DNA of 64,000 nt from Eremomyces bilateralis CBS 781.70 (Eukaryota), in assembly GCA_010015585.1 (NCBI GenBank), contig ML975163.1; one strand, given 5' to 3'. A model generated the notes under the pieces. It was not told where the DNA came from, made no database searches, and saw only the letters and a list, made by a program, of their open reading frames with translations. Positions 12,676-25,295 of this stretch are shown here, piece after piece. The position numbers and the translations under genes were made by a program. Numbering within the stretch: position 1 is the first letter of the stretch; each line of letters opens with the position of its first letter.

Positions 12676-14630
12676 CTACGTAACTATAGAAGATTGCAGC
12701 AGCTTTACCACCGCCTTGTGCCCATTCCAGGTGACCCTTAACAGCGGCATCCAGCCGGAGCGGTCCTTCGAGTCGACGTTGACTTGGCCCGTCTCGAGTA
12801 GCAGCTTGACGACGGCCTCGTGCCCGCTCTCAGCGGCCGCCAACAGCGGCGTCCGACCGTAGCTGTCATTTGAGTTGACGTCGACTTGGCCCGTTTCGAG
12901 TAGCAGCTTGACGACGGCCTTGTGCCCTCTCTGAGCGGCCCACGATAGCGGCGTCTGGTCCTTCGGGTCGTAGGGGTTCTTCGAGTTGACGTCGATTCGG
13001 CCCGTCTCGAGCAGCAGCTTGACGATGGCCTCGTACCCGTTCTTAGTGGCCCACGACAGCGGCGTCCAACCGGAGCCGTCCCTCGAGTCGACGTCAACTT
13101 GGCCCGTCTCGAGTAGTAGCTTGATGATGCCCTCGTGCCCATTATTAGCGGCCCACGATAACGGTGTTCGGCTATAATTGCTATCCTTCGAGTTAACATT
13201 GACCTTGCCAGTATCGAGCAGCAGCTTGACGGTAGCCACATGCCCGTTTCCAGCGGCCCACGACAGCGGCGTTCGGTCGTCGTTACCCTTCGAGTTACTG
13301 CAAACACTTGTGGTTGAAAGCAAATGCCTAGTAATCACTACGTGTCCTTCTTTCGCTTCTTTTAACAGAATCTTAACTCCACCATCATTGCTCCAGCTCG
13401 GGTAATTTGATTCGAAGAGATGGCTGAAGATATCTTCATATACTGTCCTAGTGCATTTTTGGATACTGCGATTCTCCTTAGAGTTCTTCGAGAGCGTGTT
13501 GTACAGAGAAACTTTAAAGCTTTGGGCGAAAGGGTCGATCGATTGACTCCATCCGAAACAATGAATGGAAGGAAGGGTAAATTCTTGAAAAAATCGTCCA
13601 ATGTCCATCGCGGAGCACTGAACACAGGGCGATTGATCCTGACTCCAAAGGCAAGGAAAGATATAATATCTTGAACAAGATCCTGCTCACTAGTCTCGTA
13701 GCTCGCTTCAAGATTCCCATTGGTAATATCACTCGCAATACCAAGGAAAGCATAGATCTTGTCCCTCTGTTCGGTCGTTTTACTGTCGCGAAATTTAAGG
13801 AGAAGTGCAAAGAGATCCCGTTCTAACGTCCACCAGGAGTCTTTTCTCTCTCTTAAGAATCCGGACATAACATTTAGTAGAGGCTCGATTGGAGATATCT
13901 CAACGGATTTTTCAAGCATCCAGGAGAGACGAAAAAATCCCTGCTGAGACTGACTTCTTCCCACACATGATGGTAGCGCTGCGGGCAAGAGCAATTTCCT
14001 GGACGATCCAGGCTCTCTGGTACCATTGCCTTTGGAGAAGGTCTCGAAAGCCATCAACTACTTCTTGATGATGGACATTGATTCTTAAGAGAGATTTCAA
14101 TCTTAGATCCTCCTGCTGTCCTATACTAAATTTGTCAAGCACATCTACAAGACAATTTAGGGAGTCCATGGCAATATTGGTTTGCTCGGTGTCTTCTCCA
14201 AGCCAAACGACCACCCCTTTCGCTCCTTGAAAAATGCTCTTCATCAAATTCACTTGATGGCCTCTTTCTTTATTGTTATTCTGATTAATACAGATTGCAT
14301 CTACCCAGAACGTTCGGGTAGAATCCTGGTTTCGAAGGGATTGCAATGCAAGTGCAGATTCGGTCGAATCGTCATCCTCTCGTTGTTGATAGTGATTTCT
14401 GTCGAGCCTTCACCCCCCCCCCCCAAACGTACGAGAGTGCTTCATATGGCTTCTGATCAGTATCTTTAAGCTCAAAATCCATGAGCTCACATTGAATCTT
14501 GCCATTAGGGTGGCCTGGAAGAAGATCTAGAAGACGAATCACTGCCTTCTTCTCCGGCAGTACATAATGAGTACTGGAAACCAGAGCTGTGGACCAGTGG
14601 GCTAATATCAGGGGACATCTTCATGGACAT
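12676..14630 (-). pseudogene. HET-domain plus ankyrin-repeat pseudogene (no NBD seen)
   Basis: IRLLDLLPG, YEALSYVWG, FWVDAICINQ..ERGHQV, WYQRAWIVQEI, RDKIYAFLGI, then about 6 ankyrin repeats. Frameshifts near 14565, at a C12 run (14413-14424), near 14350, near 13920 and one more before the ANK region. Confidence 0.88.
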
Positions 14631-14901
14631 GATGTTTTACATGTTGCTTCAGGATTGTCCTAGGCAGCTCGGTCGTTCAAGAACACTAGATTTGGAGTAG
14701 CAGTTTCTATAAAAGATTGTCCTGGTGAAGATGTGAGATATCAAGTTAATCACTATGATTTTTTCAGATCCACTTTGCATTAGTTAGACCTCCTCTCTAC
14801 TTCGTTACATCTATCAACACATTACTACCTCCTAATAATCCTCTCGCCACACCTGGCTTCGGCTAGCCACACATACATTAGTCATAGGCCACAGGCCTGG
14901 G

Positions 14902-14976
14902 ACTAGTTAGTTAGTTATAAGTTAACTTAGTTAACTTAAGTTAAGTTAGTTAACAGTTAACTACTAACTAACTAGT
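14902..14976. repeat. AT-rich palindromic element with 14-bp perfect terminal inverted repeats
   Basis: ACTAGTTAGTTAGT (14902-14915) and ACTAACTAACTAGT (14963-14976) enclose GTTAAC/TTAAG units. Confidence 0.85.
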
Positions 14977-15337
14977 TATCGTTGACCTGGCTGCTTGGCG
15001 ACAATTGCTTTCGTTGTTCTGCTCGAATAAGAGCCAGTTCTTGTCTAGAAAAGGGCGCGTTCAGTAAAGGCCTTTTGAGCGGCACTAATGAGTTTTTGCA
15101 AGCGGTGTTTGCTCGGACCGTATAGGAATTGAATATTGTCGTCGATTTAGATTTGCAGCGACGTGAGAGCCTCCGATGTCACTGGCGTTTGCAGCACTAT
15201 TCCTTGTAGACAAGATTCCACCTTCACTTCATCATTCTTTGGAACGTACAATTCGGCTAGCGGCTTCTAGTTATCTGATTTCTTCGGAAAGCCATGTTCG
15301 GATGCATTTAAAAAAGCGTAAACTACAGTGTCAGAGA

Positions 15338-16357
15338 TTACATAGAAGAGTAACCATCCGAGTTGACCGAGTCACAATCCGATGATGATGCCCAGCAGTC
15401 GAACAGATCTAACCCGCGAGTCCGCTTTCCCACCCCCTCCTGGACGACTACATATTCGCAGCCGACGTCGTCGAGGATGTGCCCCTCAGCGGCTTTCTTG
15501 GACTCTTTGAGTTGCTTCTCCAACTCACGAATCTTCTTCCCGGCCTTCTCCTCTACCACTTCTTTTTCGTGGATGAAGTGGTCGAGCTGGTCGCCAATAT
15601 CCTTCATATCTTTCCTAGATTCCTTGATCTGCTTCTCCAACTCACGAATCTTCTTCCGGGCCTTATCCTCGACCACTTCTTTTTGGTAGACGAAGCGGTC
15701 GAGGTGGTCACCAATTTCCCCCGCGTCGGTTTGAAATCCGGGGTTGCGGACCTCCAGCGAATGGAGTCTCCCATTCAAGATCCTCATCTCATTATTCTTC
15801 TCATTCACCTCCTCTTCAATTTCCTCCACCCGGGACTCTCTCTCTGCGAGATGACGGTCGGTAGTCCCCAGCAGAGCTTTCCACTTTTGCTCCACACACG
15901 CCCCCTCCGAGTTCTTCACCTTCTTCTTTAGGTCGACGATGAGCTTGTCACGAATCCTAAGCTCGTGTTTGGCTTTTTGCTTGAATTCCGAGGTCGGACG
16001 CTGACCTTGTAAGTCTTTGATCTTCGCAAGCTCTTTTTGTGCGCGCTTCGTCTCTTCATTCACACGCTTGACCTCATCCTCAAGTCTAAGGCTTCTCTTG
16101 AGCGCGCTCGTCGTGTAGCTCACGTACCCTTCCATGAGGTCGTGGTATCGGACCTCTAAGCCTTGGTATTCGGCTTTAAGGTCATGGTACCTTTGCTTGT
16201 CTCGTTTCACCTCTGCGACTCTCTCGTTCGCTTCAAGAACCTCCCTCTGAAGCTTGCAATTCTTAAGCTCCAGTTCTGAGCACTCTTGCATAGTCCTTTC
16301 GATTTCTTTGGGAGTGGCAGTTTCCGCCCACTTAGCGCAAGGGTTGAAGGGAACCAT
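15338..16357 (-). CDS. Hypothetical coiled-coil protein with an internal ~39-aa tandem duplication
   Basis: Intact 339-aa E/K-rich ORF with the repeat pair IGDHLDRFVYQKEVVEDKARKKIRELEKQIKES / IGDQLDHFIHEKEVVEEKAGKKIRELEKQLKES. Confidence 0.7.
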   Translation of the reverse strand: MVPFNPCAKWAETATPKEIERTMQECSELELKNCKLQREVLEANERVAEVKRDKQRYHDLKAEYQGLEVRYHDLMEGYVSYTTSALKRSLRLEDEVKRVNEETKRAQKELAKIKDLQGQRPTSEFKQKAKHELRIRDKLIVDLKKKVKNSEGACVEQKWKALLGTTDRHLAERESRVEEIEEEVNEKNNEMRILNGRLHSLEVRNPGFQTDAGEIGDHLDRFVYQKEVVEDKARKKIRELEKQIKESRKDMKDIGDQLDHFIHEKEVVEEKAGKKIRELEKQLKESKKAAEGHILDDVGCEYVVVQEGVGKRTRGLDLFDCWASSSDCDSVNSDGYSSM

Positions 16358-17702
16358 CTTCGAGGGTGTTGAGATGATTTGAAGAGGGAGGAGAGTGTCT
16401 CCAAATAGGTGGAAACTGGTATGGTGAAGGTGTGGGTGTGGCTGCGGAGAGCTGGGTTGAGGAATAGAAATATTTTGTGTGAAGCAGGATGATGGTGATC
16501 AAGTTATCCTAATATTGTCTCAAGCAAGGGTGGTGAAGTAAGACAGTATCTCACAAGAAGCTGGAGAGAAAGAAAAGAACGTTTGGAAGGCGTAGCTCCT
16601 GCTTTTTATGTCCAGGAGCCACGTCGAGCTGAGGAGGGTCCAACTCATCTATCCGGTATAGATTACCCACCGGGATGGTGAATGCGAACCGTTGATGCTT
16701 CATACCCGTGCGAACAATTTACAGAATCAAAATCATCGATCTTATTGGAGAACTGAGAGCGGTCGTTAACGTTGGGATGCTGAACCATGGATGTTGACAA
16801 GGCATTACCAAATAACAATATGTCAATTTTCAGCCCTACAATACCCTGTTTCCACGTCGGACTCTATGCAGACAGATTTATAATGGATGATAGTTAGGCT
16901 CAGTAATGACTCACTCTGCTAAAGTGTTTAGACAATGTACCAGTTTCCTACTAAATGTTCAAATGATGGGACAGCTGGACCGTTGGGCGTTGGACCAAAT
17001 TATACAGTACTCGACTTGAGTGTGAACGTAAGAGAGCATCCTGGAGCGAAAGAGCGAAGTTTAACAGTTGCATATATACAGAAGAAAGTGGACAGTGAAG
17101 TCCCAATAGTTTAAAAGAAACGACAGGACTTGTTCTAGAAACCTCAGTGCCAGAAACCGGAATATACGGGTTTCATACCAGTACTGGGTAGGCATTGAAA
17201 CCAGCTCGTGGATGGATATTGACATGTAAAACGAAGTTCATTGATTCTTGTATGATGCTTTGCTCAGGAAGGACTTGGAAAATCTTGCAACGTAATAAGA
17301 TATAGAAACTCCGGTATGTAGTCTATCTGGATCATCTCCATTTGCTCCGTGTACTCTGATGGCATATGCTCAAGTAGGTCTATTAATGTATAACTGAATC
17401 GGATACGATTTTGGGAGACGGATCTAAATGAGTCGATTTATCTCATTTCCCTCTAAATTAAGGAGATGATATTTGCGGACATTATTGCCGTTGACTAGAA
17501 TTAGAGATGGAATTATGAATGTCGTCAAATGAAGCGGCGGATCGAAGTGGGAGGTATCGGCTGACAAAGCCATTTATCCACCTAAACTTCAATTAGATCT
17601 GATGCAAGATTTCGAAGGATTCGGACCATCATAACTTATCGCCCTTCCTAATCAACCTAAACATAAATTTTTACTCGGACTACTGCAGAGACGCAGGTCG
17701 CG

Positions 17703-18356
17703 ATGGAGGACGAAGATCCCTTTGACCATGTGCTTCAACTCGAGTCACACTATCAAGCCGAGGGCTACGCCTTAGGTGTCGCTGATGGCACCAAAGCCGG
17801 CCATGCTGAAGGGTACGCATTTGGGATCGAGAAAGGCTTCGAAAAATTCATGCAGATGGGTGTCGTGCAAGGCAGAGCAGCTGTATGGGAGGCAAGGGTG
17901 GCAATGAGCGATTACAACGGCGAGAATACGATCACCAACGAGGGGACATCATCTTCATTAGCGGATCCCTCGCAATCTGGAAATTCGAAAGCGAAGGAAG
18001 AGGGAGATGATGTGAAGTCGGTGGAAATCAGCCAGCGTGATCCAAAGTCCAGGATACCGGCTTTGCAACCAAATGAAAGGCTGCTTAAGCACCTTGGTAC
18101 TCTCCATTCTCACACCGACAACATGACGATGTCTCTCGAGAACACCGAAGAGGCGGTAGACGCGTTCGATGAACGGCTTCGAAAAGCGACCGCGAAAGTT
18201 AAGGTCATTGAGAAGACTATGGGAGAGAAAGGATTCGAAAAAGCAGTTTTCGGTACTTCCGATGCGGCGGCGGAGGAGGGAAGAAAACCGTCGACAACTG
18301 GACTCCGGATCAGACCTCCACCGGCAGAGAGGCAGATGGAGGACTTTGGAATATGA
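17703..18356 (+). CDS. LTO1: Lto1/ORAOV1-like GX3-repeat protein
   Basis: N-terminus MEDEDPFDHVLQLESHYQAEGYALGVADGTKAGHAEGYAFGIEKGFEKF (GX3 repeats after a DPFD..L.LE motif). Confidence 0.8.
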   Translation: MEDEDPFDHVLQLESHYQAEGYALGVADGTKAGHAEGYAFGIEKGFEKFMQMGVVQGRAAVWEARVAMSDYNGENTITNEGTSSSLADPSQSGNSKAKEEGDDVKSVEISQRDPKSRIPALQPNERLLKHLGTLHSHTDNMTMSLENTEEAVDAFDERLRKATAKVKVIEKTMGEKGFEKAVFGTSDAAAEEGRKPSTTGLRIRPPPAERQMEDFGI

Positions 18357-18699
18357 GGTCAACGAAAATAGACGGCCCTAGAGTTGGAAAGTGGTGAACA
18401 ATGACGAAGCTGCCGTCTCGACAGGTCTTTTAAGCCTATTCTATCGATCCATTCATCACGGAAGACGCCGCAATAATCATACAATCCTAATGCTCTAATA
18501 TCATCTCAATGTCCCTTCCCATATTTTGTTGCATCCATCAAACGAGACAAAACCAGAGACAGAATGTCTGGAGAATGACCAAGGAAAATATGCCGTTGGA
18601 GGCCAGCCGTGACACCCGTTCTTATTCTGATGCATCCGAAATGCACCGTCTGGAAGCCGCAGAAAGACATAGGAAATCATTGGCGTCAAGCGGGCACAT

Positions 18700-21600
18700 T
18701 CAATGCCAGGCTTCGGTTTGCCGCCTCGATAAGCGACTACTCGCCAGCGCTCTGCTTCGGAGGACTAATGGATTACTGTGCGTTGGTGTGGTGTTTTCAT
18801 CTTTTTCCCTTCGGACTCTCCCGGCCGAATCACTGTTGGGGGTGTTATTTCCGCCACTTGTTTTTGGGCCTGTTTTTGACCCTTTTTCTCTTGCCTCTCG
18901 AATCGCCGGTGTAGGGGCAAGGCTCAGCCGTCCTCGGCGACTGCTACCGCTTGTACCGCCCAAGCTTGTGCGAGGAAGCCTGCTCTTCGCGACTTGCAAT
19001 TGGAGAAGCCCCGAGCCGGATGTTGGGCCGTTGCCTGCGGCTCCCCCAGAACTAGTGTTGCTCTCACCAGAACCGGAGCGGGATTGGGTTCCGGGAAGGA
19101 TGCTCCCGTCTCGACTGGTTGGTCGGAACACTGCAGGCGAGCCATTGCTAAGACCAGCGCCATTGAGGGGTGTGTTGTTGTAAAGTGATGAGGACGTGGA
19201 GCTGCCACTGCCAGCATGTGCCCGCGGTCGAACGCCCAAAGAGTTACTGTCAAAGTAAGTCGAGGAGATTGCTCCAACAGGACTACGTAATGAGTGTGGA
19301 GTGACGGATTTCGATGTAGGTGGGGTCATGACGGTAGCACTTGCGCCTGAGCTAGAGCGTCTCATGCCTGCGGGTCGTATTAAACGGGCCCCAGCGACCG
19401 ATATGGACTCGGCGCGAGCCGCAGACAGGGGGACCTGCTCATCGCTTCGCTGGATGAGATCGCTCGCCATCTCTCGGACAAGCACAGCCGGGTCTGAATC
19501 AGCGAGCTGAGCAATCGCTTCGTATATCCCATACGCCCTAAGGAGGCTAATGCTCCTTGAAGTCGGCGACCCAGTACTGATGTCGCGGGAAGACGGAATT
19601 TCCTCATCAACATAGGGTACAGCATCGCAAATGCACCGAAGAATGCGGATGAGATTAAGCCGTACAACCGCTTTCTTGGTGTGGAGTTTCTGAGCGGTTC
19701 GGCCAAATATGTTGGGGTGTGCAAGGTGCGCTGCTATTGCTGGGGAAAGACGGAACAGCTTGAGGAGCGGTTCAAGTAACTGCTCAAATGCATCCGTGGA
19801 GACTTCCGGATTCGTAAAGCAGTCGATGATTGCCTGCCCGAAAGAACTCTCGAGGAGGTGCTGTTCAACACGTGCGGTCTCTTCTTGCAACCTATCAAGT
19901 TTGTGAGTCATGGTGTCACGACGGGGTTTGGGAGTTGGCTTACCAGACATGAATGGCCTCCAACGCAGTCACCTGCCAGTACTTATCTGCTAGCAGTGAA
20001 ATGTAGAATTGGAGACCTTTGTTCTGCCACAACAGCTTCCTTCCCACTTTCCCAGAATGAGCCATATCACATAGGATCGGGAGAGCGAACTCTTTGAGGG
20101 GACGCTCAGTCTGAACAATCTTCTGAAGGAGGGGTATGATCCCGCTGAGCGCCGCATCTTCCTGTCTCGTCTTGCTCAACCGACAAAGATTGTACATGAT
20201 GTTCAAGACCTGGTTCGAGACTTCCCTGGAATGAGGGAGTTTCATGCTAGCGCTAAGAAGATCAGTGAGAGCTTCTATAGCGTTTGAATTTTGCAAGGCG
20301 TCGTGAGTTGTCGCAAGCATGGACAGATTCTTGATAAATTTAAGCATGGTGATCTGATGCTGGGGAGACATTCGCCTCAGATCTTTGAGAATTCCTGTAC
20401 AGTATTAGCAAGAAAATGGATCAAGAATCGATTTCAATTTACGCTTCAAAACCATGCGGTCGGCAACCGTTTCCTTCACGTAGCTCTCAGCCTGAGAGAA
20501 CAGCAGAAAGATGTTGACGATGCGACCTTCGACAAGCTCTGCAACTTCGTCATCTTCGTCAAGGACTCGGTTGAGGACAAGGGAGAGTGGGTAAAGGATG
20601 GAACTTCTCGAGAATATCCGGCAGAAGTCATTCTTCGGGGTTGGACCCTGCGAACTGTTAGCATTTCAAAAATGACGGACGGAAAGTTCCAACCTGAAGC
20701 TCAAAGACGCTCCAGACGCCGTTGACGCCAATTAGCACAAGATCTCTTTCAGTGTCAAGGTCTTCTTCAAGAAACTCCACAAGGACGTTGAGACCGCCAC
20801 AGCTGATGAACATTTGTAGGGTAAGCGTCGACGTCTGATACATCTGGCGAACGAAAGCAGCTGCCTCAAGCCGGATCTCACTTGAATACTTCTTGTGGGC
20901 AAACTTTGTGATGATTGGTATGCCACCGACGAAGCACAGGTTCTCTTGCAACTCGGTATTCTCGTGAATGATCATGTTCACGATCTTGAGAAGGCGGACA
21001 ATGACATCCATCCGCTGGGAGTTTTCGAGGATCTCTAGTGTTGGCAACATCCCGTGAGAGCTTATGATCACATTTTTGAGATCAGGGGATTCGTATAGGA
21101 GCTGCATCAATTGCTCAGAAATATCGGCGAGAACATCGTCTGGCTGCGAAGTCTTCAGGGAGCTGACAAGGCTCTCCACGGAGGTACAAAGGCGAGCATG
21201 CCGATCCCGAGCAACGTTGGTCTGAAGGTCCATTTCATCGAACCCTTCTTCTAGTTGGGCGAACGGATCATCCTCGTCTTCTTCATCAACAAGCCATGAG
21301 TTGGTGGAGAATTTGGAGTTGAGCATCATCAGCGTGCTCTGGTCCGAGCCGCTATCGGAATCCGGTACGGGTAGTACCGATCCCGTTTTCCCAAAGATAT
21401 CAGAGAAGTCCTCTTCGTCAGCTTCCGCATATTTTTGAATTTCCACGGAGGACCTAGACCGGAGGATCTGCGGGGAGAATTGCTCCTCGGGAGGAATTGG
21501 GTTCCGTCTTAAGCTACCCACACGTCTGCCGACATGTTGCGTGGATCGAGGCATGTTCTTGAGATCAGAAGGATGGAAAAGCTTTGGCGAGAACGAGTCC

Positions 21601-23502
21601 CCTTCTTGGTTCCTCATGCTCTGAATCCTTCTCTCGAATGCGGCATCGTCATTGGCGATCAAGTCGGAATAATCTTCCACCGAGTCCTCCCTGAACGTGG
21701 CAGCAGGTCGGGCGGAAGAGCCATTCGTTTCCCTTTTTGGGGCATGTCCAGCAGCCGGTGGTGGTGGCTTAGAAGAGTTCACGCGGATTCGAGGTTTGGG
21801 ATGCGAAGGACGCCGTGGAGACTTCGCCTGTGTCGGCCGTCCTGTGGATTTGTCTGAATGCTTTCGCCCAGGAGTAGCCGGCTTGACAGTTTCAAGTGGA
21901 TCAGTACTTGTGAGATTGTACGAACTTCGATCGTTGAGATCTGCTTGTGAGTAGTTCGACTGTTCCGAACCTCTCGGATCTGTGCGAGCGTATGATTTCA
22001 GCCTTTCTGAACTTAGTAAGCCAGCGAAATTATCATGTGGTCGCAAGTGTGGCAATTGAAGCGCATTAGGGTTGATTGAGGAGGCAAAGTCCGCATCCCA
22101 GTTATCGTCAGCCTCATGGTCAGGGGATCTAAATTGATCAGGATTAGGTCTCATCTTCGTAACCTTTAACGCTTCCTTCGAAGATGTATGGCTCATCATC
22201 TGAGAGGACCTCCCATTGGCAGCTGGTCCCGGACTAGTTGCTACAGGTCGTGATGTTCGTTTGAAGGTACCATTGGGTGACTTCAGAGCTTCATTCCATT
22301 CCTGAACGGTTTTGACCACCTGGTCGTATTTGGTGGGCATTGGTGTGACGATGGAGTCTGCCCTCTTGGCGCTCACAATCCATGGATGCTTCAAAAGCTT
22401 CTTGGCAGACACTCGTAGGTTAGGGTCTTTCTGGAAGCATTGCATAAGGAAATCGCGGACACCCTAGATGTTATTAGCTGCGTTACAAGTGACAAAGGGC
22501 ATGGATAGCAGTACCGGAGACGCTCCTTCGGGAAGAGGAGGGTGGTCATCGTTCACGATACGGAATAGAGCAGGCATTGGCTGTAGTTGGTAGTATGGAG
22601 GCCTTCCGTCGAGGAGTTCAATGACAGTACAGCCGAGACTCCAGATATCAGAGGCAGTGGTAGCCCCAGAAAGCTCAATGACTTCTGGGGCCATCCAATA
22701 CGGGGTTCCGACAACGCTGGATTCACTCAGACCGGACGCTTTCGTTGCGACGCCGAAGTCTGCCAATTTGGCCAGCCCCTCTTTTGTTGTGAGAATGTTG
22801 GCGCCCTTGATGTCCCTATGAATGACACCTTGGTCGTGAAGATAGATCATGCCATAAAGGACCTGTGACATGTAGAGTGCGACGAGATTCTCCGGGAACT
22901 TGCCGAAGTTCTTGCAAATCGAATGCAGCGATCCATTCTCACAGTACCTATTCCGCGTCAATATCCAGTGTGCAACACCCATGTTCTTTGGACCTACTCT
23001 AGGATGATATATAGTGATTCGGCAGACTTGACGAAGCCGTGGTACTTGACAATGTTTGGGTGGTGTAGGTTCTTCAAGAGGTCGATTTCGAGCTATACGA
23101 TCCACCGTCAGATGTGTATGAGGATCGCGGAACGGGAGATGTACCATGATTGTGCCGATCTCATTTCTCGGTAGATCGGTGAGCTTGATCTGCTTGATAG
23201 CAACCGTTTCACCGGACCCCCAGTGCAGTGCTCGGTATACCGACCCGAAGGCCCCCTTCCCGAGGCAGTCTCCCAGTTGCTGTGGTCTCATGTCAGCGCC
23301 TCCATAAGCTCACTTCAAACTCTATGCCACGTACGTATCCTTTCAAACCTTCTACATCCTGTGCCGCTCTCTGAGCTAACCCATCGCGACTTGGCTTGGG
23401 GAGCAGTGGTGCCTTCGGTTGTTTCGCTTGCCCTTGAGGTGTATCAACCTGCTTCCGAGCTCCCGAGCTCTTCTCCGCTTTATGTCTCCCACTCGAACCC
23501 AT
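18700..23502 (-). CDS. sepH: Septation initiation network kinase SepH / Cdc15 / Cdc7 (multi-exon)
   Basis: [49 protein letters not shown] and a long ARM-like C-terminal region ([16 protein letters not shown]). Several introns. Confidence 0.93.
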
Positions 23503-25034
23503 TATGAATATTGACGTGGTTGAGGAGCTGTGAAGCTCCTCAACTAGTCTCGATGCGCAGTGGAGGCAGGGTGGATGGTGCTCGCCTGGAAGGTAAGACG
23601 GATTCGCGTGATGGTCGGGGCGTAGGAGTAGGAGGTGACAACCGTAGAGTCCTGCCCTTCATAGCAGTGCAGCCCCTCTTCCGGTGCAGATGGAGAAAGT
23701 CGACGGTTGGAGCAGGCTACAAGGTCCCGATATGGAAACCCGGTACCAAGCCCTAGAAGAGTCGAAGTCCTGGAAGGGTCGAGCTGGAGTCGTGGTGCTC
23801 AATTACGACACTGAGGGCCAGGTCGGTCAAGAGACTCTTCACGGGCAGTCAAAAATCGCAGACGCACCCTTGGTCTACCCTCGATTCGTCTATTCAGGTG
23901 CTCCACTTGGGTGAACAACCGCAGGCACTTCCTTACGGGAGTTGATGATATATCAAGGCTCACAAGGGTTAGGGGCCAATGCGAAGACCACGTCGCCCGG
24001 CTTATAGGTGTGTTATAGGGCTGTTATGTGGTGACGAGTCAAGGATATGGGGAAGTTGTTCGTTTGGAATTGAGTGTACGTGACTTCCAGTCTTTCACGT
24101 TTCCATGAAGCGTGGTCGGTCGTTTCCGCAAGAGTCCGCAAGTCAACGATTGTATAACACGCAAAAGCAGGAGTATGAGCTTTTGTGAACATTCAAATTG
24201 GTCCACACTGTGTTTCCTGCATGGATGGGCAGGAGGCTGTCATCGTTTACACCCTCCTGCGCTTGATTTGCCGAGTTTATGCCGGTGGTGATAATTGGAC
24301 CCTTCCTGGTCTCTAGGGATATCGATATCTGCCCTCTCCTCGTCCCCCGCAATTTCCTACGTCGAGACGAGGTGAGATGTAGAAAATAATGTCCGGTTAC
24401 GGAGAGCATTATGACACTTGATAACAATCAGAAGTAGAATCACAATATTTCACAAACTGTTCCCAAGTATTGTACTCCCAGCTCTCCACATACAGACCCT
24501 TCAACTCCGCGCATCATCATCCAATAAGATCAACCGGAGTAGCTTCCTACTCATGTCACGAAATATCTACCTATATCTATAGATCCCTTCTCTTCAACAA
24601 CAAGATACAAATATCCGTGCGCGTTGGTATCCCAGGGTGCTTATCCATTATACTCCCGTGTCTACCACTGCAGATGCTGCGGGAAACGGACTCATTGTAG
24701 TTTCGGCCTCTATCTGCTACCTCCAGCTGGTTCTTTGTCTGTGATCCAACCGAAAGAGTATTTCTCCATCTTAACATTCCCCTTTGCCGCTCTTCCCATA
24801 TTTGGTACATGGGTTTCGATGGTAACTCGTCTAATGGGGTGGGCACTTGAACGCCTCACGAATGCATCAACGGTCTTCGCTGCCATTGCGAAGACTAATT
24901 CCCAATAAAATGATGTTTTCAAGTCCTCGATTTGGTTCGCAGGATACCTTCGCGGATTGAGGGAGTCGAGCTTAGGATGAGGAATCTCGGCGGTGTTGAG
25001 CAGCCTTTCGCCTAAACGGAGCGCGCTGTCTTCG

Positions 25035-25295
25035 CAGATGTTGATGTATTCCGAGCAGAGGTTCACGCAATCGGTTCCGACCTGCATATTCCAGGAGAAG
25101 AGATCATCAAGCGATATGCCGTACTTCGCTGCAATGTCTTAGCAACCTTCGCCTGTTGAGACCAGGTGGAAGTTTGTGCAGGAGCAACCATTCTGGGTTG
25201 AGCTGGTGAAGGAGTGTTGACCCCATTGCTGAGAGTGGTGGGTGTCTCTGGGTCAGTTGAGTCCCCTCCAACGACTCCGATACAAACATTCACAT
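25035..25295 (-). pseudogene. Fungal LysM-domain (effector-like) pseudogene fragment
   Basis: Joined frames read CIGVVGG..NGVNTPSPAQPRMVA/CTNFHLVSTGEGC*DIAAKYGISLDDLFSWNMQVGTDCVNL..C. Frameshift near 25182 and TAA at 25139-25141. Confidence 0.8.
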
